In this document: positions 51,301 to 64,000 of the stretch, in pieces | How positions within the stretch are numbered: position 1 is the stretch's first letter | Layout: each line of letters begins with the position of its first letter | Assembly (NCBI GenBank): GCA_023213395.1 | Contig: CM041465.1 | Coordinates: forward strand, 196,485,741 to 196,549,740 | Direction: 5' to 3' | Length of the DNA stretch: 64,000 nt | DNA from: Cycas panzhihuaensis | Taxonomy: Eukaryota; Plantae; Cycadophyta | Program-made: the position numbers and the translations under genes | The notes under the pieces: model-generated | What the model was told of the DNA's origin: nothing | Database searches by the model: none | The model's input: only the letters and a program-made list of their open reading frames with translations

Positions 51301-54300
51301 CTCTCAAACATTTGAATGCATCTGATTTAAATTTGAAGAAATAAACCATGTTTTTCTTATGTAGTAATAATGAATATAAGGAAATACTTTGCACTAGTTG
51401 ATTATAAGACATCCATAGGACCATAAATATCTATATAGATTAAATTAAGTGGTCCTTTTATTCTATAACTTCCATCAGGAAAACTTTCCTTATGTTGTTT
51501 TCCTAGGAGACAACCTTCACAAATGCCCTTATCAACTTCAATTTGTGGTAGCCCTTCAACCATATTCATTTTCTTCATAAGAGCTAAACTTCCATAATTT
51601 AGGTGGCTAAATATTTTGTGCCACATATCACTATCTAATTTGATTATAGTCTTTGAAGCATAGTAATTTGAAGGAGTTAAAACTAACTTGAAAAGTCTAT
51701 CCTTAGTCATTTATCCTTTTATAACAATTACTTTGTTCTTCATCTTATCCTTACTAATACATTCACCATTGTAAAATATGACCTTGTAATCATGCTCCAT
51801 TATTTGTCTCACTGATAGAAGGTTTTTCTTAAGTGTTGGAATGTGTAAAACATCATCAAGATATCTATCTTCACTTGTTTTTGTCATGATAACAACTTTG
51901 CCTCTTCCAGTAGATTCATCTAAGGTATCATCTTCAAATATGATTGACCCCTTTCTAGTCTTGTCAATAGTTTAAAGTATTTCCTCTTTATGAGTCATGT
52001 ATGTAGAGCAACCTGAGTCAATGTACCAATAATCCTCTACCTTCTTATATATAATAAAACTTAATAGGAATAGATAATCACTCTCTCTTATTTTAACAAT
52101 TGTATTAGCACTACCCCTTGTAGGAGGTCCATTCTTAGTAAAATATTTATCCTTAGTATGGCCAACTTTGTGACAAGAGGTATAATAAATTGTATCTCTT
52201 CTTCTTTGGCTAAGACTCCTACTTCTAGGATTTTCTCTATCAATAGAGGATGTTCTTCCTCTTTCCAAGTCTGGACCCTGATTATCCCTTTATCTATTTC
52301 TTGGATGATTGAAGTTAGGCCTTTAAAAGTTGGTATGACCTTGACAATTTTGGTAATATTTCTTTGCTTCTTGATGTATCTCTTGACTATGATATCTTTA
52401 TTGGCTAGGATATCTTTGATTTTCTCCTTGATTTGTTTAGTGGGAAGCTTGGTATCTAGGTTGACATTCTTAATATGCCTCTTGTCTAGGATTTCTATCT
52501 CCTCCCCTTAGGGATTGGTTCCTAGATCTTAAACTTTTAGCTTGGGAATTTGACTTGATCCTTGCTTTAGTTTCAAATGTATATTTTAGGCACTTACTTG
52601 AGCTTTTCTTCTCCACAATTGCCATTAACATGGCACTCAATTATTCAATATTTAAGGTACTTATGTCTTTTGGGACTTCTAGTCTTGTTGTTACTATTTC
52701 AAATATTTTCACTTCGTCAATGCACCTAAGGATCCTTTTAACAACACTTTGTTCAGTTAAGGTCTCACTAAGAGATCTCATTTGATTTATAAGGTCTTGA
52801 ATCTTTATTATGAATTCATTAATAGAACCATTAGGAATCATCCTTAAAATTTTAAATCTACTCCTCAATGTTAGAAGCTTAGATGAAGTTACACCTTCAT
52901 AAATGAGCTACAATGTGTACCATACCTCCTTAGACTTAGATACCTCACTAACCCTTGGAAAAATATAGTCTTCTAAGGTACAAAAGATCAAAAATAGAGC
53001 TTTATTGTCTTTCTTTATACACTCCTTGAATGTTTGTTTTTTTGCTTTAGTTGCGCTTTGACCAAGTTCTATATAACCTATCTTCACAATATCCCATATA
53101 TCCTTAACAATAAGGATGAGTCTCATCCTCCTACTCTAATTTAAGAAATTCTATCCATCAAATTTGGGAATGATCATGTTATCAAAACCATTATCCATTA
53201 TGCTTCAAAATAAGGTTTTATTCAAATGTCTCCCAAAGTATAGGTTTTCCAAGGTAAAGTTTTAAAATGTACTATATTCCCTAAAATGTTATTAAGCTCT
53301 AAGTTTATAGGTCTCTAAGAAAGCCTTTAGTTACTATTATGTCTAATGGTGCCTACCCATAAATGGTAAATCAAGGACCCAATATACCGATATATAAGTG
53401 CTAGGCTTTATATACCTTAGTATGTGGGCTATAAATAAGGTACAAGACCCCCTTGACTTGTTGACATAATTGTGCTAAACTTATGCTTAACGATAGATCT
53501 AATTGTAATGGCTTAACAACCAAAGATACTCACCCTCTCTAGGTCTAACCTTAGTCTCTAAACTCTAGAAAAAAGATATGTTTCTCACCTTAGCCTACCA
53601 CCTAATACACCTAATAGCCAATAATATTCCTCATCTAATATGAGCAGGCCAAGGGCATGTGCGTGGTGGTAACTTTAAGGGTCCTAACTATTCCCTATGT
53701 AAGGCAGGAAAATAAGAAGTTCTTTCAAGAGTTAATCTTATTTAATATGAAAATATATTTTATTATGGTCTTTCTTAGAAAACAAGGTTCATTCTTAATC
53801 AATAAATGAAATTAACTTGATAATAAAATGAAAGATATATCTCTTTAAATGAAATTAATTCAAGATAAATATACCATTTTTGCATGAAATATACATGAAA
53901 TAAGAAAGCTTTCAAAGTGATACAAATAAGCCTTAAAATAATATGAAATAAAAAGAAAATAGAATAGCCTTTAAATAAGCTTTTAAACATGCAATAAGAT
54001 GCACTCTAGATGAAATTTTAAATGAAATTGAGGAGCCTTAGTTGATATTTAGAATAATCTTTAATAAAGAGATAAAATGATCAACAAATGATGAGTAAAG
54101 TGAGCCTAATATGAGCTTTAACATAAAGATGAATAAGCTGAAGATGAATTTAAAAGTAAATAAGCAATACATGCACTTTATATGATCCCTTTTAAGATGT
54201 AAAAAGATAGACTTGAATACACTTTGAAATATGCTTTTAAAATGAAGTAAGTTGACCCTTAAATAAGCAAAATAACCTTGATATGAGTTTTAAAGTAAAG

Positions 54301-56370
54301 TGAATAAGTTATAAAATGAAATAACGACTTTAAAATAAAGTTATTTAAGGTTTAAAAAGTACTAGTTTATGAAAATAGTATCCAAAGATCTTCTTCTCAT
54401 TCAAGAGGCTAAATTTGACTAAAAACTATAAAAATCATATGTGAACCTTTAAAAATCAAGTGAAATCAGTTAAAGATTGATTAGTATCTTAATAAAATAC
54501 AAATATATTTGAATGGGATAACTAAATAACTTTAAAATATTAAAAAAAACTTAGACTTGGGTCAAATAAAAGGCCTAAATTTAGTAGCTTCAAACTCCTA
54601 CAAGATAGCCTCAAATCATAATAAAATAACTTTACTCCATAGATCATTGAATTATCTTTCTAACAAATCAAGTCATTCTAAAAATGGACTCCTCAGTCAA
54701 AAGTTATAGCTAAAACTATGAGAAGATGTCCTTATGGTAAAAAACTAAATTAAGAGAGGGTTAAGCCCCTTTGAATCAGGGCCCATGGTCACTTAGAGGG
54801 CTCAAACGACTAGTTACTGGCCTACAAAAGGGGCTAGTGGACTTCAAAAATTATTAAAAATTATAAAAATTTTAAAATCTAAAATTATCAAATATACCCT
54901 AATGGGTTTTCAAATCTACCTCTAATTTGAAAAATGAACTCGTATTAAGCCTCAATGGGACTAACAACTAAGGTCAATGGGGTGCTGACAGACTTGAAAA
55001 ATTATAAAATACAATTAAATAGTTTAAAAACCAAAAATATTAAAAAGGATTAATAGAATTTTGGGTCCACCTCTTTCACGAGAAAAACACTATCATATGG
55101 GATGTGCATATGACCACCGACTGAGGCTAAGGGGGCTAGTAGATAGAACCTAAACAAATATCTAATTCAATTAAATTTAATCAAACCTTTGGAAAAAAAA
55201 TGTATAAATGAATCAAACCAATTGCGTGTTAATAAGTAATCTGTAGATGTAAAAAAAAAAAAAAAATCGAATAAAAATTGATTAGCAACTGATTGGATTG
55301 ATCAATATTGAGGGTGCAGAGATCACATAAGACAAATATAAGTATATATTAAAAAATAAAAGAAAAAAAAAAAACTACCTATTAAAGTTACTTTCACACA
55401 GAGGATTACAACATATCCTTTAGATCATCAAGAGTAATAGTATGATCACGAGTAGGTTGATCTCCACTTGCACAAGATATTAAGTCAATCATACAAAGAG
55501 CTAGCAATATATACAAACCTCACAGAGATGTAATCATGCAGGTATGAATATAGTACATAGAGAAATGGCCACGTAGGATTAAAAAATTAGGTATGCATAC
55601 AATATATACACAATGGTTGTAATCTAAATCTACAAAGGTAAGTTCCACGACTGTGACCTCAAGCGTGAACCTTACAACCATCTCATACTGTCGACTTGTG
55701 GACCAAGGATGAAAGCAAATAGAGAGGCACAATGGTTTCATCTTTAGTGATCGAACAAAAAGAGAGTGGGTGATCCCTAGTTTATCACATAACTTAAAGT
55801 AGGTCTATCCTTTTGGTTTTTAATCATGCATTAGCCAATAATGAATTTGATCTTAGATTTATTACTTGCAACGATCCAGTATGAAGCTTTCACATGGATT
55901 AGATTCCCTATTGGTTTTAATAGTGAATGTGCTTAGCATTATCTGATAGTATAGAATGTGTAAATGATGTAAGATCTAGAACCTCAGATGGATATGAAGA
56001 GTGGATAATGATCTTCTTCATGTAGTTGTAGGCATGAGAAACTCAACGAATTGCTCTAATACTAAATGAAGTTAACCAAGGTGCAGAGTGGAGCAAGAGA
56101 TATCACACCATATTAAAAATATTATCACAATTCTGTCTGTAGGAGGTGTTAAAAAACACCAGGGTACTATGCCCTTGATATTTATAGTTTTGGAGGCAGG
56201 CGGAAGCCCGCCTCAACCAACATACTTTGAAATTTAAAAAAATAATAAAACATCAAATAAAATAATACTTATCTTTGTCTATTGATGGCTTGTGGATGAA
56301 TAAAATGACTAGTGGTAGCTTGCATATTCCCAAAGTACTTTGCACATGTTTAATGAACATTAGGCTAACA
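48375..56370 (-). mobile_element. Degenerate Ty1/Copia element (middle layer), TSD TAAAG
   Basis: TAAAG at 48370-48374 and 56371-56375; LTRs 48375-49006 and 56067-56370; PBS remnant GCTCTAATACTA at 56053; PPT TTCTCCCCC at 49007; gag, WYIDSGCS protease, GAG-pre-integrase, RT and RNase H fragments between 53200 and 49050. Confidence 0.93.
48577..48899 (+). mobile_element. TRIM, 323 bp (inner layer), TSD AATAC
   Basis: 86-bp LTRs 48577-48662 and 48814-48899; perfect PBS TGGTATCAGAGC at 48665; PPT GATGGGGGAG; AATAC on both sides and a single AATAC at the empty site in the sister LTR (~56264). Confidence 0.95.
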
Positions 56371-59300
56371 TAAAGAGCATATGTACACAAGACACATCAT
56401 TTATGTAAAAAATCCTTTTAGGAAAAAACCCATACAAGAAAAATGGTTAGCTATATTATTTATAATCTTTATTAATATATCTTCCTTGATATGGGTTGAC
56501 CTATAGTAAAAATGCCACTTAGGGATTTATATAACACCCCAAATAGTGTATTAACTAATGGTTACAACTCTTATTTATAAACTTTAGCTTAACATTAATT
56601 AATTATCACTTAGCATTAACATAAGCAATTAACCTTAATTGCCACTCTAATATTCCTTCTTAATGGCAAAGTAGGGATTTAGTTTATAGTTCAAAATCGT
56701 CAATAAAATATGGAATTATCCTTATTCTATTGTCTACATTTGATATATCCCCTATATACCCCCCCTTAAGTATAATTTTGCTAAGTTTCTAAACTAACAC
56801 AAATCAAACATTTATATACCTAATTTAGGTCGTGAATGAGTGCTATATGATCCAAAGTTAATAAAAATTTTGTCAGCCAATAGCAATAAACTTCTCTATT
56901 TAGTCTTCTTTAGATCACTCCTATTAATAATTAATATGCCCAATTCTAGAAGGCATCTTGAATCCACTTCTTCTATGGCTTCTCTTCATGTCACACCTTC
57001 ACAAAAAGCTATGCAATTATAGTTGGGCTTAGTGCTTTCTCTTGGAATTATGTAAAGGCTACCAAATAATGATTTTTTTTGCACACCACATAATCTAGAT
57101 CTTGAATGGATTCATGATGACTTAAGACATGAGTTTTTATTATTCTTTAAAGGTCCATACTCTTTTAAACACTCTATGATAGTGCTCCAATGCTTTAAAC
57201 ATAACTTTTATGCTTTATATATGGCCTCCATGCTTCATGCTGACTTCACATACTACATATAGCCTCACAGTTTATATGTATTTTCTTTATGTTCCATACA
57301 TAACTTCACACTCTTAAATGCATAACATTCCTCCTCGTATGCATTATAATCTTTTAAAAGGAATTTTTATATTAATTCACTTACCCATATACTTTTAGAT
57401 AAATAGTAAACTCAATATTATCACTTGATTTGATACATATACAAAGAATCACACCACCTATAGGGGCTTATAAAACACATAACATACTTCACTATAATAT
57501 GTGTTCACATTCTACATAAGCTTTAAACTGGGCTCTCATCAAGCAAGAACATCATATGACATCTCCATGTTAGAATATGGCTTCAACATAATTAATCTGC
57601 ATATAGTTTTACCATAAACTTTTATGACATTAGAGTGTTTTTCATGTAGCTTTATGTAATGAACATGACTTCTAAATGAGTAACAAATAAGCTTTGAATT
57701 AGTTTTCATGGCTTCCAATATGCTTAGAATCATATCCACTCTTTGATGCTTCAAATCCATGCTTCCAACTAGTGATTAATTTACTCATCAATTAAGAATT
57801 TTTACTCCAACATGCAATGGCTTTCTCTAAAGAGATGTGGGTACAACTTTTAATGTATATTTGACTTTTAAAAATATGCAAAGATGATAAATTAATAATT
57901 GTGATCATAACCCAAGGTTTGTAATCTTAGAGAAAAATACAATCTTGATTATAAATCATTACATCTCTAACAAATCACGATGCCTTATGCTAGTATTTCC
58001 ATTTGCATAAATGAACTAATAACCTTTAAACAATAGAATCAACTATAAAATAAGCAGTTAAATATCCATATATATAGTAGAATGCATTTTCACACCATAA
58101 ACACAAGCTAAAAAACTCCTCAAATAGATCTAATCATACCCATAGGAGGTGTTAATAGCCTTTGTATTATCTAGACATAAGATTAATGCCCAATATATCT
58201 AAATGACATTTAAATGGAGCCTAATACTCTCAGAATGAGCCTAATGGTGCTTAATATTATTAGATCACCTTCAAAATTGGCCCAACAAATATATGTAGTG
58301 CCCAACATGCCCAACCAGCCCTAGATGGCTTTAACATGAGCTCAACACAGTCTGAATAGTGTGCTTGATATTAATTTTAGACCTTAAATAGTGAGAAAAC
58401 CTTATTAATAGGTGAAATATACCTCATCTTCTATCTATTTTTAATCTTATCCAACAACTAGAAGAGTGACACAGTACTGTAATAGTGATTAAGGATAGAG
58501 CTGAATAAAATGCAGTTGAGGTAAGGTTGGGTAGATATGATAAGATCAAAGACTACTATGTGAAGAAGTATAAAACCATATATGTATTTTGAACTACATG
58601 ATCTTGATCATATATAATAAGTAATAATAAAGAGTATAAGTACACAAGATATAGGATTTACATGGAAAACCCTTTCAAGAAAAAATCCACATAGAAAAAA
58701 TAGTTAACTACATTTCTTCTAATCTTTATTAATACATCCTCCTTAATATAGGTTGATCCATATTACAAATGCCACCTAAGGGTTTATGCAACAACCTAAG
58801 TGGTGCATTAACCAATGGTTATAACTCTTGGTATTCATGCCCTTTGGATTAACATTAATTAATCACCACTTAATATTAACCATAAGTAATTAACCTTAAT
58901 TCCCACTCTAACAATTTTAATGTTAACATTTCCTTTATTATGCCTTTAAGTGATTATTGTTTATGTGGTTGAAGTCATATACAAGCCATATCATCTCCTT
59001 CAAAGTTCCATTCATAATTATATTGATCTTCTTATTATTTCATTCTATAATTACTATAAGGACTTATTATAAGGCTTATCACAAATGATCTTTTACTGTT
59101 ATGACCGTAATGCTATAAAATTGCCATCTTTTAGTATTAATATTTGTAAATAGATGGATCTATAAAGGGTGTTAATTTTATTCTCATATGGTATTTGATG
59201 TTGTGCCATCATTCTTCTAAGTATAGTCACTTGTTCCATTAGTGTTATTGGTTAGTAATAAACTCCTTAGTTACCATTTGAGGCACTTATTTACTATTTA

Positions 59301-60171
59301 TATTTGTCTAACAATTTTGGTATTATAAATTATACTTATTATTAGTATCATTCCCACTTATTGAAATATCACTTTCAAAAAATTACTAGTAGGCTTTAAA
59401 TCTCTCTCACTTATTATTATTTTTAAGAATCCATAGAGGTGTTGTATCTCTTTTAGGAAGACTTTGACTACTTAGCTTATTTTAAGATCATACATTATAC
59501 TAATGAAGTAAGCATATTTTATGAGATGACCCACTATTATGAAAATGTAAAATTTTCTTTCCAACTAAGATAATCATATGATGAAGCTTATTGATATTTC
59601 TTCCTATTTTTTCTTTGGCACGTGGTTGTAGTAATACATATCTTATACATTTGGTATGTCTTAAATTATGTTAACATATTATCATATGTCTTGCTTCAAG
59701 CTCTTCTCATAAAAGAGCTATCAAAATTCATATATATATTTTGTAAAAACCTAAATTTTTAATCATGAGGAGAGATTAACCCTTTTATAATATTTATTTT
59801 TATACTCACAAGAAGGTATTAATTGTATCCTCCTATTATACCATACAATATCTTTTATCCACTTGAGTATTCTCTCTTTTGCTTGAAAATTTCATAGAAT
59901 ATTCTTGATAAGTTTGATAGTGTTATCATCCTTAATATATTTTGTTTACATTTTTTTGATATTTAATTGAGAATAATTATAAATAAAATATGTAAATTTA
60001 TTCCTTTATCTTTATACTAGAAATCACATATATCCATATTATCATTTCCTTTAATATGCATTATGTCAAAGTTATAAACTTATATTTTACTACCCTACTT
60101 CCATTATATTAGTGTAAGTGCTTTTGATAAAGGGAATATTTTACACAAATGTGATTTATTCTCACTTTGAA

Positions 60172-60173
<2 letters not shown>

Positions 60174-60223
<50 letters not shown>
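60174..60223. repeat. (TA)25 microsatellite
   Basis: Direct reading. Confidence 0.95.
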
Positions 60224-60230
<7 letters not shown>

Positions 60231-60569
60231 CACTTAGTAAGAGCATGCAAAATCATAAGCACCTCCTTATTATATGTAGAATTAAACTTTTCTTTGTTAT
60301 TTAACTTTTGACTTTTGGAATATATTGGTCTTCCTTCCTACATTATAACTTCTTCTATTCCTGTTCTTAATGCATTATATTTAAGTATAAATGCTTTTAT
60401 AAAGTTAAGGGTTATTAAGCTAGAATACTTATCATCAATTATTTCATTATATTGGTAATTTCCTTAGCCCTTTAGCTCCATTCTAAGGAGTCACTTTTTA
60501 ATTGTTAGTTATAGTGTTCAACTCTAATACCACTATTTTAACTTTAAGCCTAATGCATTAATACCACAA

Positions 60570-60918
60570 TGTTGGGAGATTGATACAAAACCTATGAATA
60601 ATAAGGAATGAGCTTAATAAAGGATAAATAATAGATAATTGAGATGAGTATAAGATGGATAAATGAACATATTATAGATGAAATATGTACAAGTATAGGC
60701 ATAAGAAATATGTGGAAGAATGACCAACCTTCAAATTATTAAAAAATAAAGTACATATTTATAGATTCTCTCATCTCATCTAGAGAACCCTCTAGGTTAA
60801 CCTTTATTTACTAGCACTTGTATACATGTTAAGGTGACCACAATATAATATTCATTAAATATATGAGAGAGTGAGAATGGGGTTAGGAATAACATCAAAT
60901 GTAATTAGATACTTAACA
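60570..60918 (-). repeat. Putative LTR
   Basis: TGTTG...TAACA termini followed by a pyrimidine tract (minus-strand PPT-like); no partner LTR in the window. Confidence 0.35.
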
Positions 60919-62369
60919 TTTTTCTCCATAATATATAATTATATAATATCAAATGTTATCTCAAAATATAAATTTGGTCTTTAAATACGTTGAAACCAAG
61001 TTGCTTCAAATAAATATGAAATACTATGAATATCTATATGAAAGAAACTCCATCTACCAGACCATATGGATAACTAGCCAGTGTGATGACTAATTCTATA
61101 GATTACTCTTTTGGGTATGTGATTCTATTAATGCCATATTAGTGTCACTTTAGAAACATGTTGTCTTACATAGTTAAACAAATATACTAGGAATCATATG
61201 CAAGAGTAATTGTAAAAAGGTATCCCACCTCTTGCCAAATGGGACTACGAGTAGCTTCTTTAGGAACTTATACTTGAAAATATAATAACATCAATATCTA
61301 ATGGTTAGAAATACATGAAATAGGCCTTTTTGACCTTAAACATAGGTTTTATGGCCTTATAGGAGCATCTATGGGCTAATAACATCCAATAATATAACTT
61401 TAATAATGACATAAAATGTCTTAAATATGACATAAAATGGATGTGACTTAATAAAATATAATTAACTTTATCTTAATGATAAATTTAACAAATTTTAATC
61501 TAAAATAGGTTTTATAGAGCTTATGATATAAATTTTTATATTTTTCTCCAATTTTAAGATACATGATGTGATGTGTCTTTTGTCTGTATAAGGGGTAGTA
61601 TTGTTATGTAACTTTTTTTTATATCTTATAAATAAAATAAAATAAAGTAAATCCATAGCATACTATATTATTGTATTTATTAGTTTATGTTCTATTTTAT
61701 TTGTTGGTTTACTTTTTATCATCAAATATATTACTTTGAAAGAGATAATACATTATTATACTTTCACTTATGAAAAATTATAAGAGAAATTTAAATCATT
61801 AGTATATGCTATATGCTTATTTATAATCAATAATATTTATTTTATTACAAATTCAAAGATACATATCTATAATTGATCCAAGTGTGGGTTAGGAGGAGGA
61901 AGAGGTCTACAAAGTAGATTTTTATGCCTAAACTAAGCTTTGATCCCCTTAACACAACAATACCTATATTAAAAGGGTGACATTTACCCTCAACATACCA
62001 GGTCTAGACTTGACTCCTATGGTAAGTAATATACACCTCCTTATAGATTCCTTATCTCTTAGGGTTTCAACTAGGATCTAGAATTATGTCAGATTCGATT
62101 CATCATAGCTTTACAATCCCAAAGAAACTACTTTCCTCCCTCATTCTTTTTCTATATAAATATAATCATTATACCAAAAGGTATAACTTCTTTTTGGTTA
62201 ATTACATCTTTTTATAATAAATTTTAAATTAATATAATTAACTTTATTTTATTTAGGACTTTATTAGTTTAGAGGGGAATTTAGCACTTGATAATTCTCT
62301 TCCTCTTAATTTTAGCTGTTCTTAACAATTATCTCTTTATCAGAAGAAATAAAGTTAGTGAATAATTTT

Positions 62370-64000
62370 GGATATTATTTTTATATAAATTCCTCTCTTT
62401 CTTAAGTTATATTATTTTCATCATAAGATGTCCATTTAATTTTAATTTTAGAAATTATTTTATTTTTAATAATTCTAATTCTTTCATCTAAAATCTTTTC
62501 AAGATTTGTAAGAAATTTACATATAAGCTATATGGTAATTTTGCTCTACTTAATTAAATGGGTATTATCAGGTATATATTCTTTAATAGACTCACAAAAA
62601 ACACCCTATGAATTTTTAATTAGGGTGGTAAGGCAAGTTCATAATCTAAATCCCTTATATGTTATAGTATCTTAAAAGAACCATAATATTTGGGTGTTAT
62701 TTTAGTATATTTTCCTAATTTTAAGGAGCTTCTTTTGGGTTTAACTTAGACAAAGAATTTATCTTCTACTTGAAATTATCTAATTACATGTTTTAAATCA
62801 ACATATTTCCTATATTGATCTTAGGGTGATTTTAATTTATTTGTAGATTTATGAAATTTTATTTCTATTTTTGCTAAATCCTCATTATTGTACCATTGAT
62901 ACTATGCTAGGTTAGACTAAGAAAGAGGTGTGTTATAATTCCTCTTATATATAACCTCAAAGGGTGTCATCTTTGTAGAAGAATGGAAACTTTGATTATA
63001 TATAAATTTTATTAAGTATATATTCTCTTCCCAATGAGAAGGAGTTTTGGTAGTATATATTTTAAGAATATTTTTTACTATGTGGTTTACTCATTTAATT
63101 TAACCATTAGTCTTAAGGTGATAAGCAATACTTATCTTAAGGGTGGTCTCTATTTCTTAAAAGAAAGTTTTCTAAAAATTAGAAGTGAATTTGAGATCCC
63201 TATTTGAAATAATATTTTTTTGTATCATATGTACCTAAAAGATTTCTTTAACAAAGATTTGTGTTATATACTTTCTAGCGGATTTAATTCTAGTAGGTAT
63301 ACATTGAGCAATTTTGGTTAGTCCATCTACTATAACTAAAATGGTGTCATTCCCTCTCAAAATTTAGGGTAAATATATGATAAAGTCCATGCTCATAGAT
63401 TCTTATTTCCATTTAGGCACATCTAAATGTCTTAATAAACTAGAGGTACTATATTATTTTTCTCTAACTTTATGTCAAAGAAGGTATTTTTGAATCTAAT
63501 CACATGTCTGATTTCATTTTAGGCCAAAAGATGCTTGTCCTAATAATGTAATAAGTTTTGTAAAATCTGGGATGTCCATCTATTGGTATATTGTAAATGT
63601 CCTTTAGAATTTTATTTTTTATTTTAGGAATATTAGGCATGCATATTCTTTCTTTGTAATAAAGTATAGACAATCTTCTAATAGAACATACTTTTTTACT
63701 TATTCTTTGTGATGAGCCTAGGGTTGAGGATTATATAACTAAGTAGAGATTGATTTAAAGTATTCATCGTTAACCAAGGTTTCTTTGACACAATTATTTA
63801 AATTATTTCTTATTAGGGATATAACATTATGGTAAATCCATTTTTTATTAAGGGCATCTGCCATCTTATTTTCTTTCCTAGGCATATGGTAGATGTAGAA
63901 GTCATACTTTGTGATTAATTCCATTTAGCCTTTTTACCACAAGTTTAGATAGGGTTGATTAAATATATACTATAAACGATGATGACATCTTTTAAGGGTA
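62370..64000 (-). mobile_element. Heavily decayed Gypsy pol (RNase H end, integrase, chromodomain), truncated by the window edge
   Basis: ELITKYDFYIYHMPRKENKMADAL (63739-63924) followed by SMDFII, HSSTKMTPFEVIY-like and chromodomain-like remnants. Confidence 0.8.

Larger units (their letters stand above)
48301..58913 (-). mobile_element. Old non-autonomous Copia-like LTR element (outer layer of nest), TSD ATTTT
   Basis: ATTTT at 48296-48300 and 58914-58918; intact LTR 58559-58913; second LTR split into 48301-48374 and 56376-~56652; minus-strand PPT remnant at ~56653. Confidence 0.82.

Overview
Repeat-dense plant nuclear DNA, probably from a large-genome seed plant such as a gymnosperm (inferred from the SEC15 sequence and retroelement landscape). 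The only clearly intact host gene is an intronless exocyst subunit SEC15 (34778-37153, minus). The rest is mostly nested LTR retrotransposons, several resolved to base-pair boundaries by LTRs, PBS, PPT and 5-bp TSDs. The most unusual unit is the CpG-rich first ~10.2 kb, a Ty3/Gypsy Tat/Ogre-like element that runs off the left edge. It carries gag and protease on the minus strand with no RT, RNase H or integrase after them. Facing them is an antisense, TATA-driven, spliced Plant Mobile Domain (PMD) plus coiled-coil gene. The element also has two clusters of long perfect palindromes sharing the 22-bp core AACTTAGCGGTACCGCTAAGTT. I propose this as a candidate PMD protein plus cis-palindrome module. 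Other notable items: a 264-bp foldback and a possible decayed PMD-like gene downstream of SEC15, an element whose LTRs both contain a relic PBS, a 323-bp TRIM in a three-level nest, and a templated inverted filler at a pol-deletion junction. All coordinates and counts were done by eye; no database searches were run.
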